A stretch of 63,756 nucleotides of DNA, the filler included, from Collodictyon triciliatum (lineage: Eukaryota), in assembly GCA_043381765.1 (NCBI GenBank). It is 4 parts of 4 records of this genome, joined end to end, with 100 filler letters (N's around TTAATTAATTAA, not from the genome) between each part and the next. Parts side by side here need not be neighbours in the genome. Positions count along the whole stretch, not along the records: positions 20,104 to 40,114 come from JBHJMP010001269.1; positions 40,215 to 60,215 come from JBHJMP010001270.1; 2 more parts are not named here. One strand, 5' to 3'. The position numbers and the translations under genes were made by a program. Positions within the stretch are counted from its first letter, which is position 1, and each line of letters begins with the position of its first letter. The notes under the pieces are model-generated. The model worked only from the letters and a program-made list of their open reading frames with translations, did no database searches and was not told the origin of the DNA. Positions 39,601 to 50,849 of this stretch are shown piece after piece.

Positions 39601-39771
39601 ATAAATATTCAAGACACAAAGGCGGGTGAGGATGGATAAACCAACGGGAAGGTTCTCTAGCTGCCTTTGGATGATTTCCAAACGAGTGCATCCTTCGATT
39701 GGGTCCTCAACCGGGGCGTAGGTTGTGCATAGTTTTCTTAGTGATTCCTCCTCGGCAGAGTCTTGCGACAT
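36359..39771 (-). CDS. Leucine-rich repeat protein (~28-30 repeats of 23 aa), multi-exon
   Basis: LxxLxLxxNxLxxLPxxIxxL repeats in ORF 37885-39771 plus downstream LRR exons; 3' end uncertain. Confidence 0.85.
36496..36898. repeat. Compound (AAT/GAT)n then (AACAAG/AACATG)n microsatellite, probably inside an LRR-gene intron
   Basis: Direct reading of the sequence. Confidence 0.95.
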
Positions 39772-40114
39772 GGTCGGTGTCGCACGTCGCTGCGTTGGGG
39801 TGCGTATCGGATGGTCGGGAGTTTGACTTTGACCTAGCCTTTCTCCTGAGTGCAGGATTTTTGAAAAAGAAAAAGAAAAAGAAAAAGAAAGGAAAAGGAA
39901 AAAGAAAAGAAAAAAGGAAAGGAAAGGAAAGGAAAAAGGAAAAAGGAAAAAGGAAAGAAAATGAAAATGAAAATGACAATGAAAAAACGAGCCAGTCCTT
40001 GGCTGACTTACATTCTATTTGTTTTTTGTTTTTTGTTTTTTGTTTTTTGTTTTTTGTTTTTTGTTTTTTGTTTTTTGTTTTTTGTTTTTTGTTTTTTGTT
40101 TTTTGTTTTTTGTT

Positions 40115-40214
40115 NNNNNNNNNNNNNNNNNNNNNNNNNNNNNNNNNNNNNNNNNNNNTTAATTAATTAANNNNNNNNNNNNNNNNNNNNNNNNNNNNNN
40201 NNNNNNNNNNNNNN
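40115..40214. other. Artificial contig spacer
   Basis: N44-TTAATTAATTAA-N44, flanked by (TTTTTTG)n and (CATA)n. Confidence 0.97.
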
Positions 40215-40545
40215 CATACATACATACATACATACATACATACATACATACATACATACATACATACATACATACATACATACATACATACATACATACA
40301 TACATGCATACAAGAGGAGAATTTCTTCCATATTTTTGAATCATCTTTGAAAAAGGAACCGATGTTATGGCCCATTATTCAAAAAATGCTATTATCGATA
40401 CACTAGCATTTGAAATCTGCCTTTTTTTTTTTTTTTTTGAGAATACATATATTTTTTGAAAAAAACAAAATAAACATTCCTCTCATGGTGGTTGAGTGGC
40501 TATCGATCCCATCATGGTTTAAAAAACTGATAGATTCTGTTATAG

Positions 40546-40946
40546 TGTGCTGCGTTTACATGGCTGAAACAATCAACAATTACGGTGGCAGCCAATGGCA
40601 GACCTTTTCGACGCAAAATTATTTTGATAAGCACGGAATATTTATTTCATCGTTATATTCCGCGCCTCTTCTCATCAATGCCACTTTCATCTTGGTAGGG
40701 TTACCTTATAGTTCATGTGGAAGTTTTTTTATATAATTAAATTTAGTCAAATACGCTTTCTCTTGTCAGTATGCATATCAATAAACATCCTTATTTGCAG
40801 AATTTCATATCATGTTATTTTTTCGTCTCTTCACCCAGATAAACCTGCTATACAACTCAGCACAGTTGCTTGTTGAAGTGAAAAGGATGCAATTTAAGCA
40901 GGAGATTAGAAAGAAAGAAAAGCAAGAGCCTAGAAACCCAGAGTAG
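40546..40946 (+). CDS. TMEM18: Transmembrane protein 18, last two exons (5'-truncated)
   Basis: VYMAETINNYGGSQWQTFSTQNYFDKHGIFISSLYSAPLL, followed by a basic C-terminal tail ending in TAG. Confidence 0.9.
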
Positions 40947-41252
40947 CTGACCCATACTTCTCACAAACAGTTGATCCTCCGCCACCATGAGAGGTGCATC
41001 ACAAACCGAATGAGATTCCCGCTTTTTTTTTCTTTCAATAATATGATAAAAAAGAATCAAAAGCAAAATCAAAAAAAAAAAAAAGTCCCACAATGTCTGA
41101 ATGCAGTAAGATTGAGTTTGAAGCGCCATGGCAAACGACTTTTATGTCCCATTTTTATTGTTGGCTGATGCATCCTTTTTGTTCTTGTGCGGCGCTGGAG
41201 AGATAGAGAAAAAGACAAAGAATGGTTAAAAGATAGCGAATTGTGAGGCATC

Positions 41253-41518
41253 AGAAAGAAAGAAAGAAAGAAAGAAAGAAAAAGAAAGAAAAAGAAAGAA
41301 AGAAAAAGAAAGAAAAAGAAAGAAAAGGAAAAGAAAGAAAAAGAAAGAAAAAGAAAGAAAGAAAAAGAAAGAAGAAGAAAGAAAGAAAAAGAAAGAAAAA
41401 GAAAGAAAAAGAAAGAAAAAGAAAGAAAAAGAAAGAAAAAGAAAGAAAAGAAAGAAAAAGAAAGAAAAGAAAGAAAAGGAAAAGAAAAAGGAAAAGGAAA
41501 AGGAAAAAAGAAAAAGAA
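41253..41518. repeat. Purine (AAAG/AAAAAG)n microsatellite between convergent genes
   Basis: Direct reading. Similar tracts at about 10190-10302, 15415-15570 and 24697-24847. Confidence 0.95.
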
Positions 41519-41561
41519 ATAGGTGCCGTAGGACCTTGCAGACAACAAACCTGTCACTCTT

Positions 41562-44500
41562 TCACATGGATATTTCAACTTCATCTGTAGCGGTCATGTC
41601 TGTCATTTCTTTTTCTTTGACATCTGATTTCTGGAGGTTAAACCAGCGACCGAAAGGCAATGTCCCAATCCAACTTTTCAAAATCTCGAATATATGCACC
41701 AGCCCGTCACTAACTCTCCAAATCATTAGCCTAATCACCACAGGTCCAGCCTTTGACAGGAAGAGGACAGCAATTAGTCCGTTCAGCAAAGCCACCAATA
41801 TTACCAGGAGTGTTTCGGCTAGGGGAGAGAGGTTGGAGTATCTAAACAAAATTCCCAGCATGAGAGTAAAATATAAGCCTGTGTAAGATATGACTTGCGA
41901 TTTTTTCAAAATATTGGGCATGAACGGCTGGAAGTAAATAATCAAAGCTATCGAACCCAGCAAGAGCCAAAGTCCAAAGTAAATTTGCAAGGATGATGAA
42001 AGAAACACGCTGATCAATACAATCAGTAATTTTTGCAACATGGTCACTACTTCCCAGTAGTAACAGTTCTCATTGTATCCATCCACCAAAAACCGAAGAA
42101 GCGAATAGGTTTTAGAGGTTGGAATGCTAAGAGCTCTTTTTTTTGAAATCATTCGAAAAAGAAGAAGGAGAGGACCCATGAAGCAGTAAATTACTATGAA
42201 TCCGATTGATATGTTTCTCCAAACCAAGTATGACGGGTCATTACAGTCAATGGACATGTCCGCCCTCAAGTACTTGTTCTCTCCAATCGCTTCGCACGGA
42301 AAGATACTTGCAACGCTCGCAGTTAGCGATGGATGAACAAAGAATAGGATAACAAGACATGAGTACAAAAACTCATGACGGATTTGATCATATTTCAAAT
42401 CACTGACTTTAATAGCTCCTCTGATCAAACCATATACTGCCCTCAAGATAATGATGGTAGTGATAAACCCAACAAGAAGTAAGGGCAGTAGCATAGCGAA
42501 CAATATCTTATCGTAAACACTGGGATCAAAGCGGCATTCAAAAGGAAGAGAATCAACCGAAATAGAAAACGAAAAGAAATTTGGTATTTTCATGGCTGAA
42601 ATCAACTGTGATGACCAATGCATATCGAAGCTACCCAGGGAGGATAAAATTTGAAAGTGGCTCACCAGAGTTTTCAGAATAAGAATACTCCCAGTTTTTG
42701 GCTGTCTTGATTGATCAATGATAAAAACAACAAACGCTAATGGCAAAGCCATGGCGACAAAGACAAGGAATCCATTAACTCCCACAGAAGGGCATTCAAC
42801 ACAATAAAATCCCGTTGCTGCATACCCACTCTGACAAACAGCGCAGAGGGCCCCTTCATATCCTGTAGCGCACGAATTATTCCCTCCATTACATGCCTTT
42901 TCATACAAACATTTGTATGCAACATATTTTCCTTCAGCACTTGGTACTTTCCAGTACCCTGGTTGGACTCTAAGCAAGTTACTTCCATCACAGTCAAATC
43001 CAAGAGGACATTCAATACATTCACCTGATGAGATGTCACGATAAGATTCAAGTTTGCACACACAATCGGACACATGAGATGCACCTGTTGAATTAGTAAC
43101 AGAGTTTGGAGGGCAATCGAGACATAATGTCTTCCCAAACCAAGGATTATATGTGTTTGAAGCGCATGGCTTACATTCACCTCCATCCTCATAGTTTCCT
43201 GGTGTACATTCACAAGTTGAATTGAAATGGAAGCCTGGTTTGCAAATGCACTGATCTTTGCTTATAGACCCTTCGAAGCTGGTGGTATACTTAAGAGGAC
43301 ATGAGAAGCATTTATCTGTCCCAGGAGTTGGCTTGTATTTCCCTTCACCGCATGGCATGCACATCATATTCGATTCAAACTCACCCGGTTTGCATGTGCA
43401 AGTGTCGTTAAGGCTGATGTAAGAATCTACACAGGTACAATCAAGCACTCCCTTTGCTCCAGGCGATTTTGTGGTTGACCTTGCAGGGCAAGAAAAGCAC
43501 AGGTAACTTCCGTCCGAGCTGTGCTGCCCTAAAGGACAAAGGATGCATGCAGATTTTTCAATTACACCAGTTCTGTTACTGAACGTTCCAGCAGGACACA
43601 GATCGCAGGACACTTGCCCCTCTCTATCATTAAAGGTTCCACGAGGGCAAGCTTCGCACGATTTTTTCCCAAATATTCCTGGGCTCGCATTATATGTTCC
43701 AACAGGACACGGAAAACATGACTCCATGCTTCTAATTTCCCCCTCCTTCTGATAATATCCGGGGGTGCATAGGCTACATGATGAGTCCCCATTCGAACTG
43801 TAGCTACCATTAGGACAGACAGCGCAGTTATCTTTACCATATATCCCAGTTGAGTTATTGAATGTTCCTTCTGGGCATAAGGTGCATGATATCCGGGAAT
43901 CATCCCCATAGGACCCTTCAGGGCATTCGACACAAGACCGATTGTCTTTCCCTCCATAGCCTGGATTATGAGTTCCTAGGGCACATTTTTGGCAGTTCCT
44001 TTGGCCAAAATGGGGATTGTATTCGCCTGGGGGACATAAATTGCAAGTAGATGCACCTGCATCATTCCCATACTGCCCAGCTGGACATGGAAGACACTTT
44101 TCTATAGTACTAGAGCCTATTTCAATATTATAAAATCCAGCAGGACATTTCTCACAATAAGATGACTTGGTATGGTTGGTATAAGTACCCAAAGGACATG
44201 GGGAACAAACTGCTTGTCCTGTACTACGAGAAAAGTATCCAGCAGGACAGTCTATACAGAATGTTTGTCCGATAGTGGAAGTAAATGTTCCAATCGGACA
44301 TTTATCACAACGTTCTTGTCCATACAAGTGATTGAATGTTCCAAATTCACAAGGATGACAGTCAGCCATACTGAACGACCCATTTCGGGTTCCATATGTC
44401 CCTGGTGGGCATTTTGAGCAAGATATATAGTCGAGGGGTCCGTTATACGAGCCTGCAGGACAAAGGAGGCAAGTATTTGTGGTCAAATCGTAAAAATGAC

Positions 44501-46451
44501 CCACACCACATACTTTAGACACATAAACAAAGCCCAAAATACCAACAGATACTAAAGTCCCATTAGAAGTTATGTAAATTCCTCTAATTTCGTCTTGTTC
44601 AGTTGAAAATGATTGGATGACATCATAGTTTGCAAGATTGACTACCATAAGTGTATCATCACCTGTTACAATTATCCTAGAATAATCAAATGAATATAGA
44701 ACATTGAAAGATCGTTTATATGCCCCATTTATTGTGCGGATGATGGATAATTTTGATATACTCCATATCTTCAGGAAATATGGTATGTGTGATGTAGCAA
44801 ACGTACTGTCATGAGGGTTTACCGCTATATCTTCTATATATTGTTCAGAGCCTCTCAGCGAATTTATTTCGAGGCCAGTATTTATATCCCAAACGATGAT
44901 ATTTCCATTTCCAGTGGCGACAATCAATGTAGAGTCCTGGTTGGCCAATCCCATAGCTTTTGCTCCGCCTGAATGGCCTGTCAGTGTGAGATCCAACGTT
45001 CCTTTTGGCATATGCCATATCTTGACAGTTCCATCGTTGCTACAAGAAAAGAATCTTGAATTATCACCAGTAAATAAAATTTTGTTTATTTTGGACCTGT
45101 GAGCGCCGGTAATAGTGGCTATTGATAGTTCAAAATTTAAGTCCCATATTCTGATTGTTCGATCCTCACTTCCAGATAAAATGTGTGCATCATCCGAGGA
45201 TTTTGCGATGCACGTAATTTCCCTGGAGTGACCACGCAATGATTTTAAAAAAGCTCCCCTATGAATGTCCCATAGATCAACAGTCGAATCTAATCCTCCA
45301 GTTACTATTTTGCCTCCAGTCGTAACAACTACATCGTTGACCCTTCCCAACCTTCCTTTGATTGTGTAAATCAACGTTTGATCAGTCAAATTCCAAACAC
45401 TGATTTTGTTCTCCTCTCTACCGGCAATAATCCTGCGGCCATCGGGGCTTGTACATAGAGAGAATGCTGCCGTCATCGGTTTAAAATTTTTCCAAATATT
45501 AGCTAAACTAATCGTGTCAACCAGATATAACGAACCTCTATTATCCAACAATATAAAAGTCATGGCATCCGGTGAAAATCTGATTCCGCTGACTGGATTT
45601 CTACCTTGAGACATTTTATTTATCAAGCTTCCATTAGTATAATTCCAAACGAAAATATTGCCAGCATTATCTCCAGCTACAACCAGCCGCTTATCGAGAG
45701 AAATATCTACACATCTGATAGGGTTTCCTGAATCAGTGAGTATGTGGACGAGTTGTCCACTGGGCAAATCCCATATTCTAACGTTGCAGTCAGCTCCACC
45801 TGAAGCAATACTGAGACCATCATTTGTAATAACTAAAGTATTGATTTCATTATTATGCGCAAGAAGGAGTCTAGCTTCCACATCGCTATGTAGGTCCCAT
45901 ACTCGGATAGTAGAGTCAAAGCTCCCTGAAACTATCGTGTTTCCATCTGCAGATATGCCAACAGTAGATATAGTTTTTGAATGGCCGACTAATGTGCGAA
46001 TGAGGGTTCCGTCAGTAAAATTCCATACTTTCACTGTTTGGTCTTTGCCTCCAGAAACCACAATTGAAACATCGATGGCTACTGCGACTGATAGGATGGA
46101 TTCTCTATGCCCGAGCAACGTTCGAATGAGACTTCCATCGGTAGAGTTCCAAACTTTTATCGACTTGTCCATACTACCAGAAATAATTTTGGATCCGTCA
46201 CCCGTAGTAGCTACGCTTGTCACTCGATCTATGTGTTCGTTAAAGAGAAGTACTGTGGCAGAGCAGCAAGAAACAATCTGGAACACCAATAGAAGACCCA
46301 ATAAAACTAAATAATGGGTGAGATACCATTTTGGCAGAAACAAAGAAACATAGTTAGAGAGCCATTGTGGGGTGGAAAGGGTTGGATGGTTTAAGTCCAG
46401 CGAAAATAAGGACATATATAACATACTGGGCAATAACTCTGACTTTGCCAT
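41562..46451 (-). CDS. Intronless 1629-aa protein: signal peptide, ~14 WD40 repeats, Cys-rich (GCC2/GCC3, TNFR-like) repeats, multipass TM domain
   Basis: Hydrophobic N-segment ending CCSA; GH...SGS.D.T..VW repeats; many C..CP.GTY repeats; about 8-10 predicted hydrophobic helices with YYWEVV..LQKL motif. Confidence 0.9.
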   Translation of the reverse strand: MAKSELLPSMLYMSLFSLDLNHPTLSTPQWLSNYVSLFLPKWYLTHYLVLLGLLLVFQIVSCCSATVLLFNEHIDRVTSVATTGDGSKIISGSMDKSIKVWNSTDGSLIRTLLGHRESILSVAVAIDVSIVVSGGKDQTVKVWNFTDGTLIRTLVGHSKTISTVGISADGNTIVSGSFDSTIRVWDLHSDVEARLLLAHNNEINTLVITNDGLSIASGGADCNVRIWDLPSGQLVHILTDSGNPIRCVDISLDKRLVVAGDNAGNIFVWNYTNGSLINKMSQGRNPVSGIRFSPDAMTFILLDNRGSLYLVDTISLANIWKNFKPMTAAFSLCTSPDGRRIIAGREENKISVWNLTDQTLIYTIKGRLGRVNDVVVTTGGKIVTGGLDSTVDLWDIHRGAFLKSLRGHSREITCIAKSSDDAHILSGSEDRTIRIWDLNFELSIATITGAHRSKINKILFTGDNSRFFSCSNDGTVKIWHMPKGTLDLTLTGHSGGAKAMGLANQDSTLIVATGNGNIIVWDINTGLEINSLRGSEQYIEDIAVNPHDSTFATSHIPYFLKIWSISKLSIIRTINGAYKRSFNVLYSFDYSRIIVTGDDTLMVVNLANYDVIQSFSTEQDEIRGIYITSNGTLVSVGILGFVYVSKVCGVGHFYDLTTNTCLLCPAGSYNGPLDYISCSKCPPGTYGTRNGSFSMADCHPCEFGTFNHLYGQERCDKCPIGTFTSTIGQTFCIDCPAGYFSRSTGQAVCSPCPLGTYTNHTKSSYCEKCPAGFYNIEIGSSTIEKCLPCPAGQYGNDAGASTCNLCPPGEYNPHFGQRNCQKCALGTHNPGYGGKDNRSCVECPEGSYGDDSRISCTLCPEGTFNNSTGIYGKDNCAVCPNGSYSSNGDSSCSLCTPGYYQKEGEIRSMESCFPCPVGTYNASPGIFGKKSCEACPRGTFNDREGQVSCDLCPAGTFSNRTGVIEKSACILCPLGQHSSDGSYLCFSCPARSTTKSPGAKGVLDCTCVDSYISLNDTCTCKPGEFESNMMCMPCGEGKYKPTPGTDKCFSCPLKYTTSFEGSISKDQCICKPGFHFNSTCECTPGNYEDGGECKPCASNTYNPWFGKTLCLDCPPNSVTNSTGASHVSDCVCKLESYRDISSGECIECPLGFDCDGSNLLRVQPGYWKVPSAEGKYVAYKCLYEKACNGGNNSCATGYEGALCAVCQSGYAATGFYCVECPSVGVNGFLVFVAMALPLAFVVFIIDQSRQPKTGSILILKTLVSHFQILSSLGSFDMHWSSQLISAMKIPNFFSFSISVDSLPFECRFDPSVYDKILFAMLLPLLLVGFITTIIILRAVYGLIRGAIKVSDLKYDQIRHEFLYSCLVILFFVHPSLTASVASIFPCEAIGENKYLRADMSIDCNDPSYLVWRNISIGFIVIYCFMGPLLLLFRMISKKRALSIPTSKTYSLLRFLVDGYNENCYYWEVVTMLQKLLIVLISVFLSSSLQIYFGLWLLLGSIALIIYFQPFMPNILKKSQVISYTGLYFTLMLGILFRYSNLSPLAETLLVILVALLNGLIAVLFLSKAGPVVIRLMIWRVSDGLVHIFEILKSWIGTLPFGRWFNLQKSDVKEKEMTDMTATDEVEISM

Positions 46452-47409
46452 TCATGATAGAGAATTAACAGCTGGGTACTGTTGCACTTTGCATAAGGTT
46501 TTCCATAATTTGTGAGTTGATCCTCAACTTACGTGGTCGCTGGTTTCTTGTTGGGTTCATGGCGGCGGTTGATCGTGTAAGAATCTTGATTCGGTGTGTA
46601 TTCACGAGGAAAGAAAGAGAGAAAAAGGTAAAGAAGCAGAGTGTTCACTTTTGTTAGTATCGCGATCAAAGATGGTTATGGCCTGGCTGTCTAAGAAGAG
46701 GCCGCAAAGGTGCTGGGCGATGATGAAACAGATGTGGTGAGTCGAGAAAAGCGTTTGTTTTGTCACTCAATTAGCAGCACACCTATTTGTGGAAAATACT
46801 TTTATTGGGGGTATCTTCCGGCTGGGCGCACATCGCATCTGACTTTCTCGGTGCATTCCTGTGCAAAGATAGATGCAGAGTCGAGTGGACGGCCAGGAAA
46901 TCTTACGTTTGACGTCAATCTCCATGGAAGAAGTTTACTCTTCCAGCTGTTTATTCATATGGAGAGAACAATCCACAAGGAATGAAAATCCCAAAGCTCA
47001 ATCTCGAATCATACTAGAGTTTTCCACCGTGATTGATCATAAACCGCGGTCAGCTCCCAGCCTGAACTACCGCATTTTTTTGGTAGTGTTTTTTTTTAAA
47101 ATAATAATAATAATAATAATAATGTCCAAGCGGTTGAGGGCTGCACTCCAGGACTTTTGCTGTGCCTTCAATACTAGGGAAGAGAGTCAACTTCGTTATA
47201 TCTTAAACGTGCTTTACTCATTTAGCTTACCTGTTGGTCTGTGGTATCTACTTATGGCTTAACATTTTGCTATATCATACAATTGCTAAGAAATGGAGCA
47301 TAATTGCATGAAACTTGTTGCTTTTCTAGAACAATTCTCATTAGTGGTGCTTTTTAACCAAGAAACTATGCAAATTGTAGGATATCTTAAAGTTGAATTA
47401 TGCAGAAAC

Positions 47410-49281
47410 CTGAGATAGTCTCCTCTACAACAATCCAAGCAACATCAAACCATAGCTCTTCGGGCTTTTGATAAACTTGAAGGTTTGAACAGAATGAATA
47501 AAATTTGGTTTAGATGTTAATAGGAAAAGAAAAAAGAGAGAGAATACGGATCTTGCATCGTAACAAAATAAAATGTTTCCGTGCAGAAGAAAACCTTGTC
47601 CAAAAGGTACAGTAAATATTCCATTCTCAATAGAAACATAATAATCTGGATGAAGTCCATAGAAAACGTGACCTATAGATTAACACTGAGACAGGAGCTG
47701 AAAGAACGAATGTGTGTACTCTCCAACTTGTTATGTAGCGAAACACACGTGTTTTTTTCGCCTTTATTCGATTCAAAGTCAAAAATACGTGTTTTCAGTG
47801 GAATCGAGTCTTCTTGACAAGAAGCTTGCTCGTGAACGGATTGGGCAAGATACTTATTCTTGCAATTCATCAGTCTGTTCTGAGCACCTTTTATGATTTC
47901 CTTTATATCATAGTCCAAAATGCATAGTTTTTTTTTTAATGAACATGACTTTCATGCAAAATTATTTTCACATGAACAATGTAATCAACTGGAGAAAAAA
48001 GCTATACAATTCTAATTTTTCTCATGCTTTCACGTTTTGGTAAATAGGCTTTTAGAATGCGTACCTCATTGCCAATAGGTTGGTCTGATATCATGGATTC
48101 TGCATTAAATCCGAGCAAAAGCACCGCTTTAATATTCAATTTCGAATTTCAGGAGTGTACAAACGGAAATAAATTTTGAGGACGCGAGTAAAAGATTCAA
48201 AATTAGATATTATTTGTAAATAAACAGTGGTGTAAATTGAAAGTACTCAGGAAAGAAAGATTGAAAAGCCATCTCAATCGCTTTCAATTTATGCCTACTC
48301 AATGTAGCTCCAATCACCTTGACTGTGTCAACAATATTTGATTCTATAATTTTTAAAAAAGAATTTATATCACTGAAGTGGGCGGTTTCTCGTAGAATTC
48401 AATATATATACATATATATCAGCATGCATAATCTACAGGAAACCAAAAAAAATAATAATCTATTTTACATCCACACATGGACATATATACAAATACACAC
48501 ATGCTTTGCGTTTGATAGAATGTAAACAAAGAGTGATGAAGGCAACCATGGTTGAGCATGACTGACTGAAGAATCTTTGTGCATTCACTGTGTCCTTTTG
48601 TAGTGGCTTCTTGTAGAGGCGTTCTATTGAGTCGATCCAAAGCTCTAGGGTTTGCACCGTACAGAAGAAGTTTCTACAGTATCGGAATATACATCATTTA
48701 TAAGCTAAGTTTAAGAGGATTTAGATATAACGGGGGGAAACTGTCCATGATTTTCTATCATGACATAAAAATAAGAGGCAAGCAGTCCCTTTCTTTTTTT
48801 TTTTTCTTCCTCTCACTATTTGGAACATATGGGATATTCATATATATATATATATATCACAACCGAGGTATATCATGAAGATGGTCATCAAGAGCCGGTT
48901 ATTGAGAGTACCTATCATGGAATTGAAATATGATAGGAAAACCTTGAGGATGAGGGTGTTTCCCACGGCGGCAGCAAAGTGGAGAGGTGTCTTCCCATTA
49001 GAATCCCTTTGGTTTACATCAGCCGCCGTCCAAAGGAGTATGTCGACTTTATCAGAGTCATCTTATGTAAAAAAAAAATGTACAAGGAAAAAAAAAAACA
49101 AAGCCATAGAGCATTACAAAGACTGTTAAAGAAATTGTAAGTGTTTGAAGGAAAAAATAAAGCAGTTGCAAGAAGGAACTTGTGTGTATTCTATCTTTGT
49201 TGCTGCGATTTTAGTCCTTTCTTGACCTTCGAGGCACGCTTGAGAAAGAGGAGCAAGGGAACTCTGCGAGGAATGGGCCAT
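47410..49281 (-). CDS. Ankyrin-repeat protein fused to a YjjX/PRRC1-type (NTPase_I-T) non-canonical NTP phosphatase domain; 3' end unresolved
   Basis: ANK: ADVNQRDSNGKTPLHFAAAVGN...LLLYGANP...RTPLQEA. Then VIGATLSRHKLKAIEMAFQSFFP...ESMISDQPIGNEEIIKGAQNRL...DYYVSIENGI...WFDVAWIVVE. One junction has a phase conflict (see findings). Confidence 0.75.
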
Positions 49282-49557
49282 GAACTCTGGGAAGTAAAAA
49301 TCAGGCCGCGAGTGGTCGATGCAAAAGAGTCATGAGTTGTCTGTCTTGTGAAGCTTTTTGAGTTTCTTGCTTGGGATCGTCTTGTGGAGTGAAAATGCCG
49401 AAACATGTCAAACAGAAAGCAAAGCGTCCAATGGATCAGAGTGATCAAATCAGACAAGTTGCGCAATACGAGACAGGCACTAAAGAAGGGCCGCACTCCA
49501 TAGATTTCCTTCCGACAGAGGCTGCATTATTCCCGGCAATAAGTCTAGCTTCGCTCG

Positions 49558-49976
49558 ATGGTGGGTGCATTGTTTTCTTTTTCTTTTTCTTTTTCTTTTT
49601 CTTTTTCTTTTTCTTTTTCTTTTTCTTTTTCTTTTTCTTTTTCTTTTTCTTTTTCTTTTCTTTTCTTTTTCTTTTCTTTTCTTTTTTTTCTTTTCTTTTT
49701 CTTTTCTTTTCTTTTCTCTTCTTTTCTCTTCTCTTCTTTTCTTTTCTTTTCTTTTCTTTTCTTTTCTTTTCCTTTCTTTTCCTTTCTTTGATTTTCTTTT
49801 CTTTGATTTTCTTTTCTTTGATTTTCTTTTCTTTGATTTTCTTTCTTTCTTTTCTTTCTTTTCTTTCTTTCTTTTCTTTTCTTTCTTTCTTTTCTTTTCT
49901 TTCTTTCTTTTCTTTTCTTTTCTTTTCTTTTCTTTTTTTTCTCTTTTTTCTTTCCTTCTTTTCTTTTCTCTTCTTT

Positions 49977-50015
<39 letters not shown>

Positions 50016-50031
50016 TCTTTCATTCTTTCAT

Positions 50032-50127
<96 letters not shown>

Positions 50128-50770
50128 TCCACCTTTTTTATATACTTTCTACTTTTTTATTCTCTCATGCTGGAACCCAGGTGCACGCCTTTGACTTTTT
50201 GTGTGTTCTCGACAATGCACAAGTTCGCATCCAGACAATGGACAACTGGGGTGAGATCTCATTCACATTTTACTCTTCCTTCAGAGTAATTGAAACCAAA
50301 ATAAATATCTCAAAAGTATACTCATGATTTAAATAATCTCAATAACATAATTATTGAATTGTCACACTCATTAAATCAATATAATATCTTTCAAGGTGAT
50401 CGACTGGTCATTACCACTCCAGAAGGAGCCATCTTTTTGTACCAAGTTGTCGAGAGAGCAGGTTCTCGTGTGCTTCAAAATGAATTCTTCTGGATTCTTA
50501 TAATAATAATAATTTTTTTTTTGGATTGTATCATATATTCATATATACCATTATATTTTCATGCTCTGTATTTGCACCTCGATTCTGTAACCCATTTGCA
50601 CTGCGTTTTAACAGCACGGAAATAATCTTGTAAATTTCTTTAGCAAACAGAGATTATGTTCTCGAAGTAGCAGAAAGTTCTAGGTCTATCTTTAAGAAAG
50701 CCGTGCTTCATACTATGGTGATGAGTGTCCGGCAGCTGGATATATTAATCGCTTTGTCTGGTTTGTCCTC

Positions 50771-50849
<79 letters not shown>

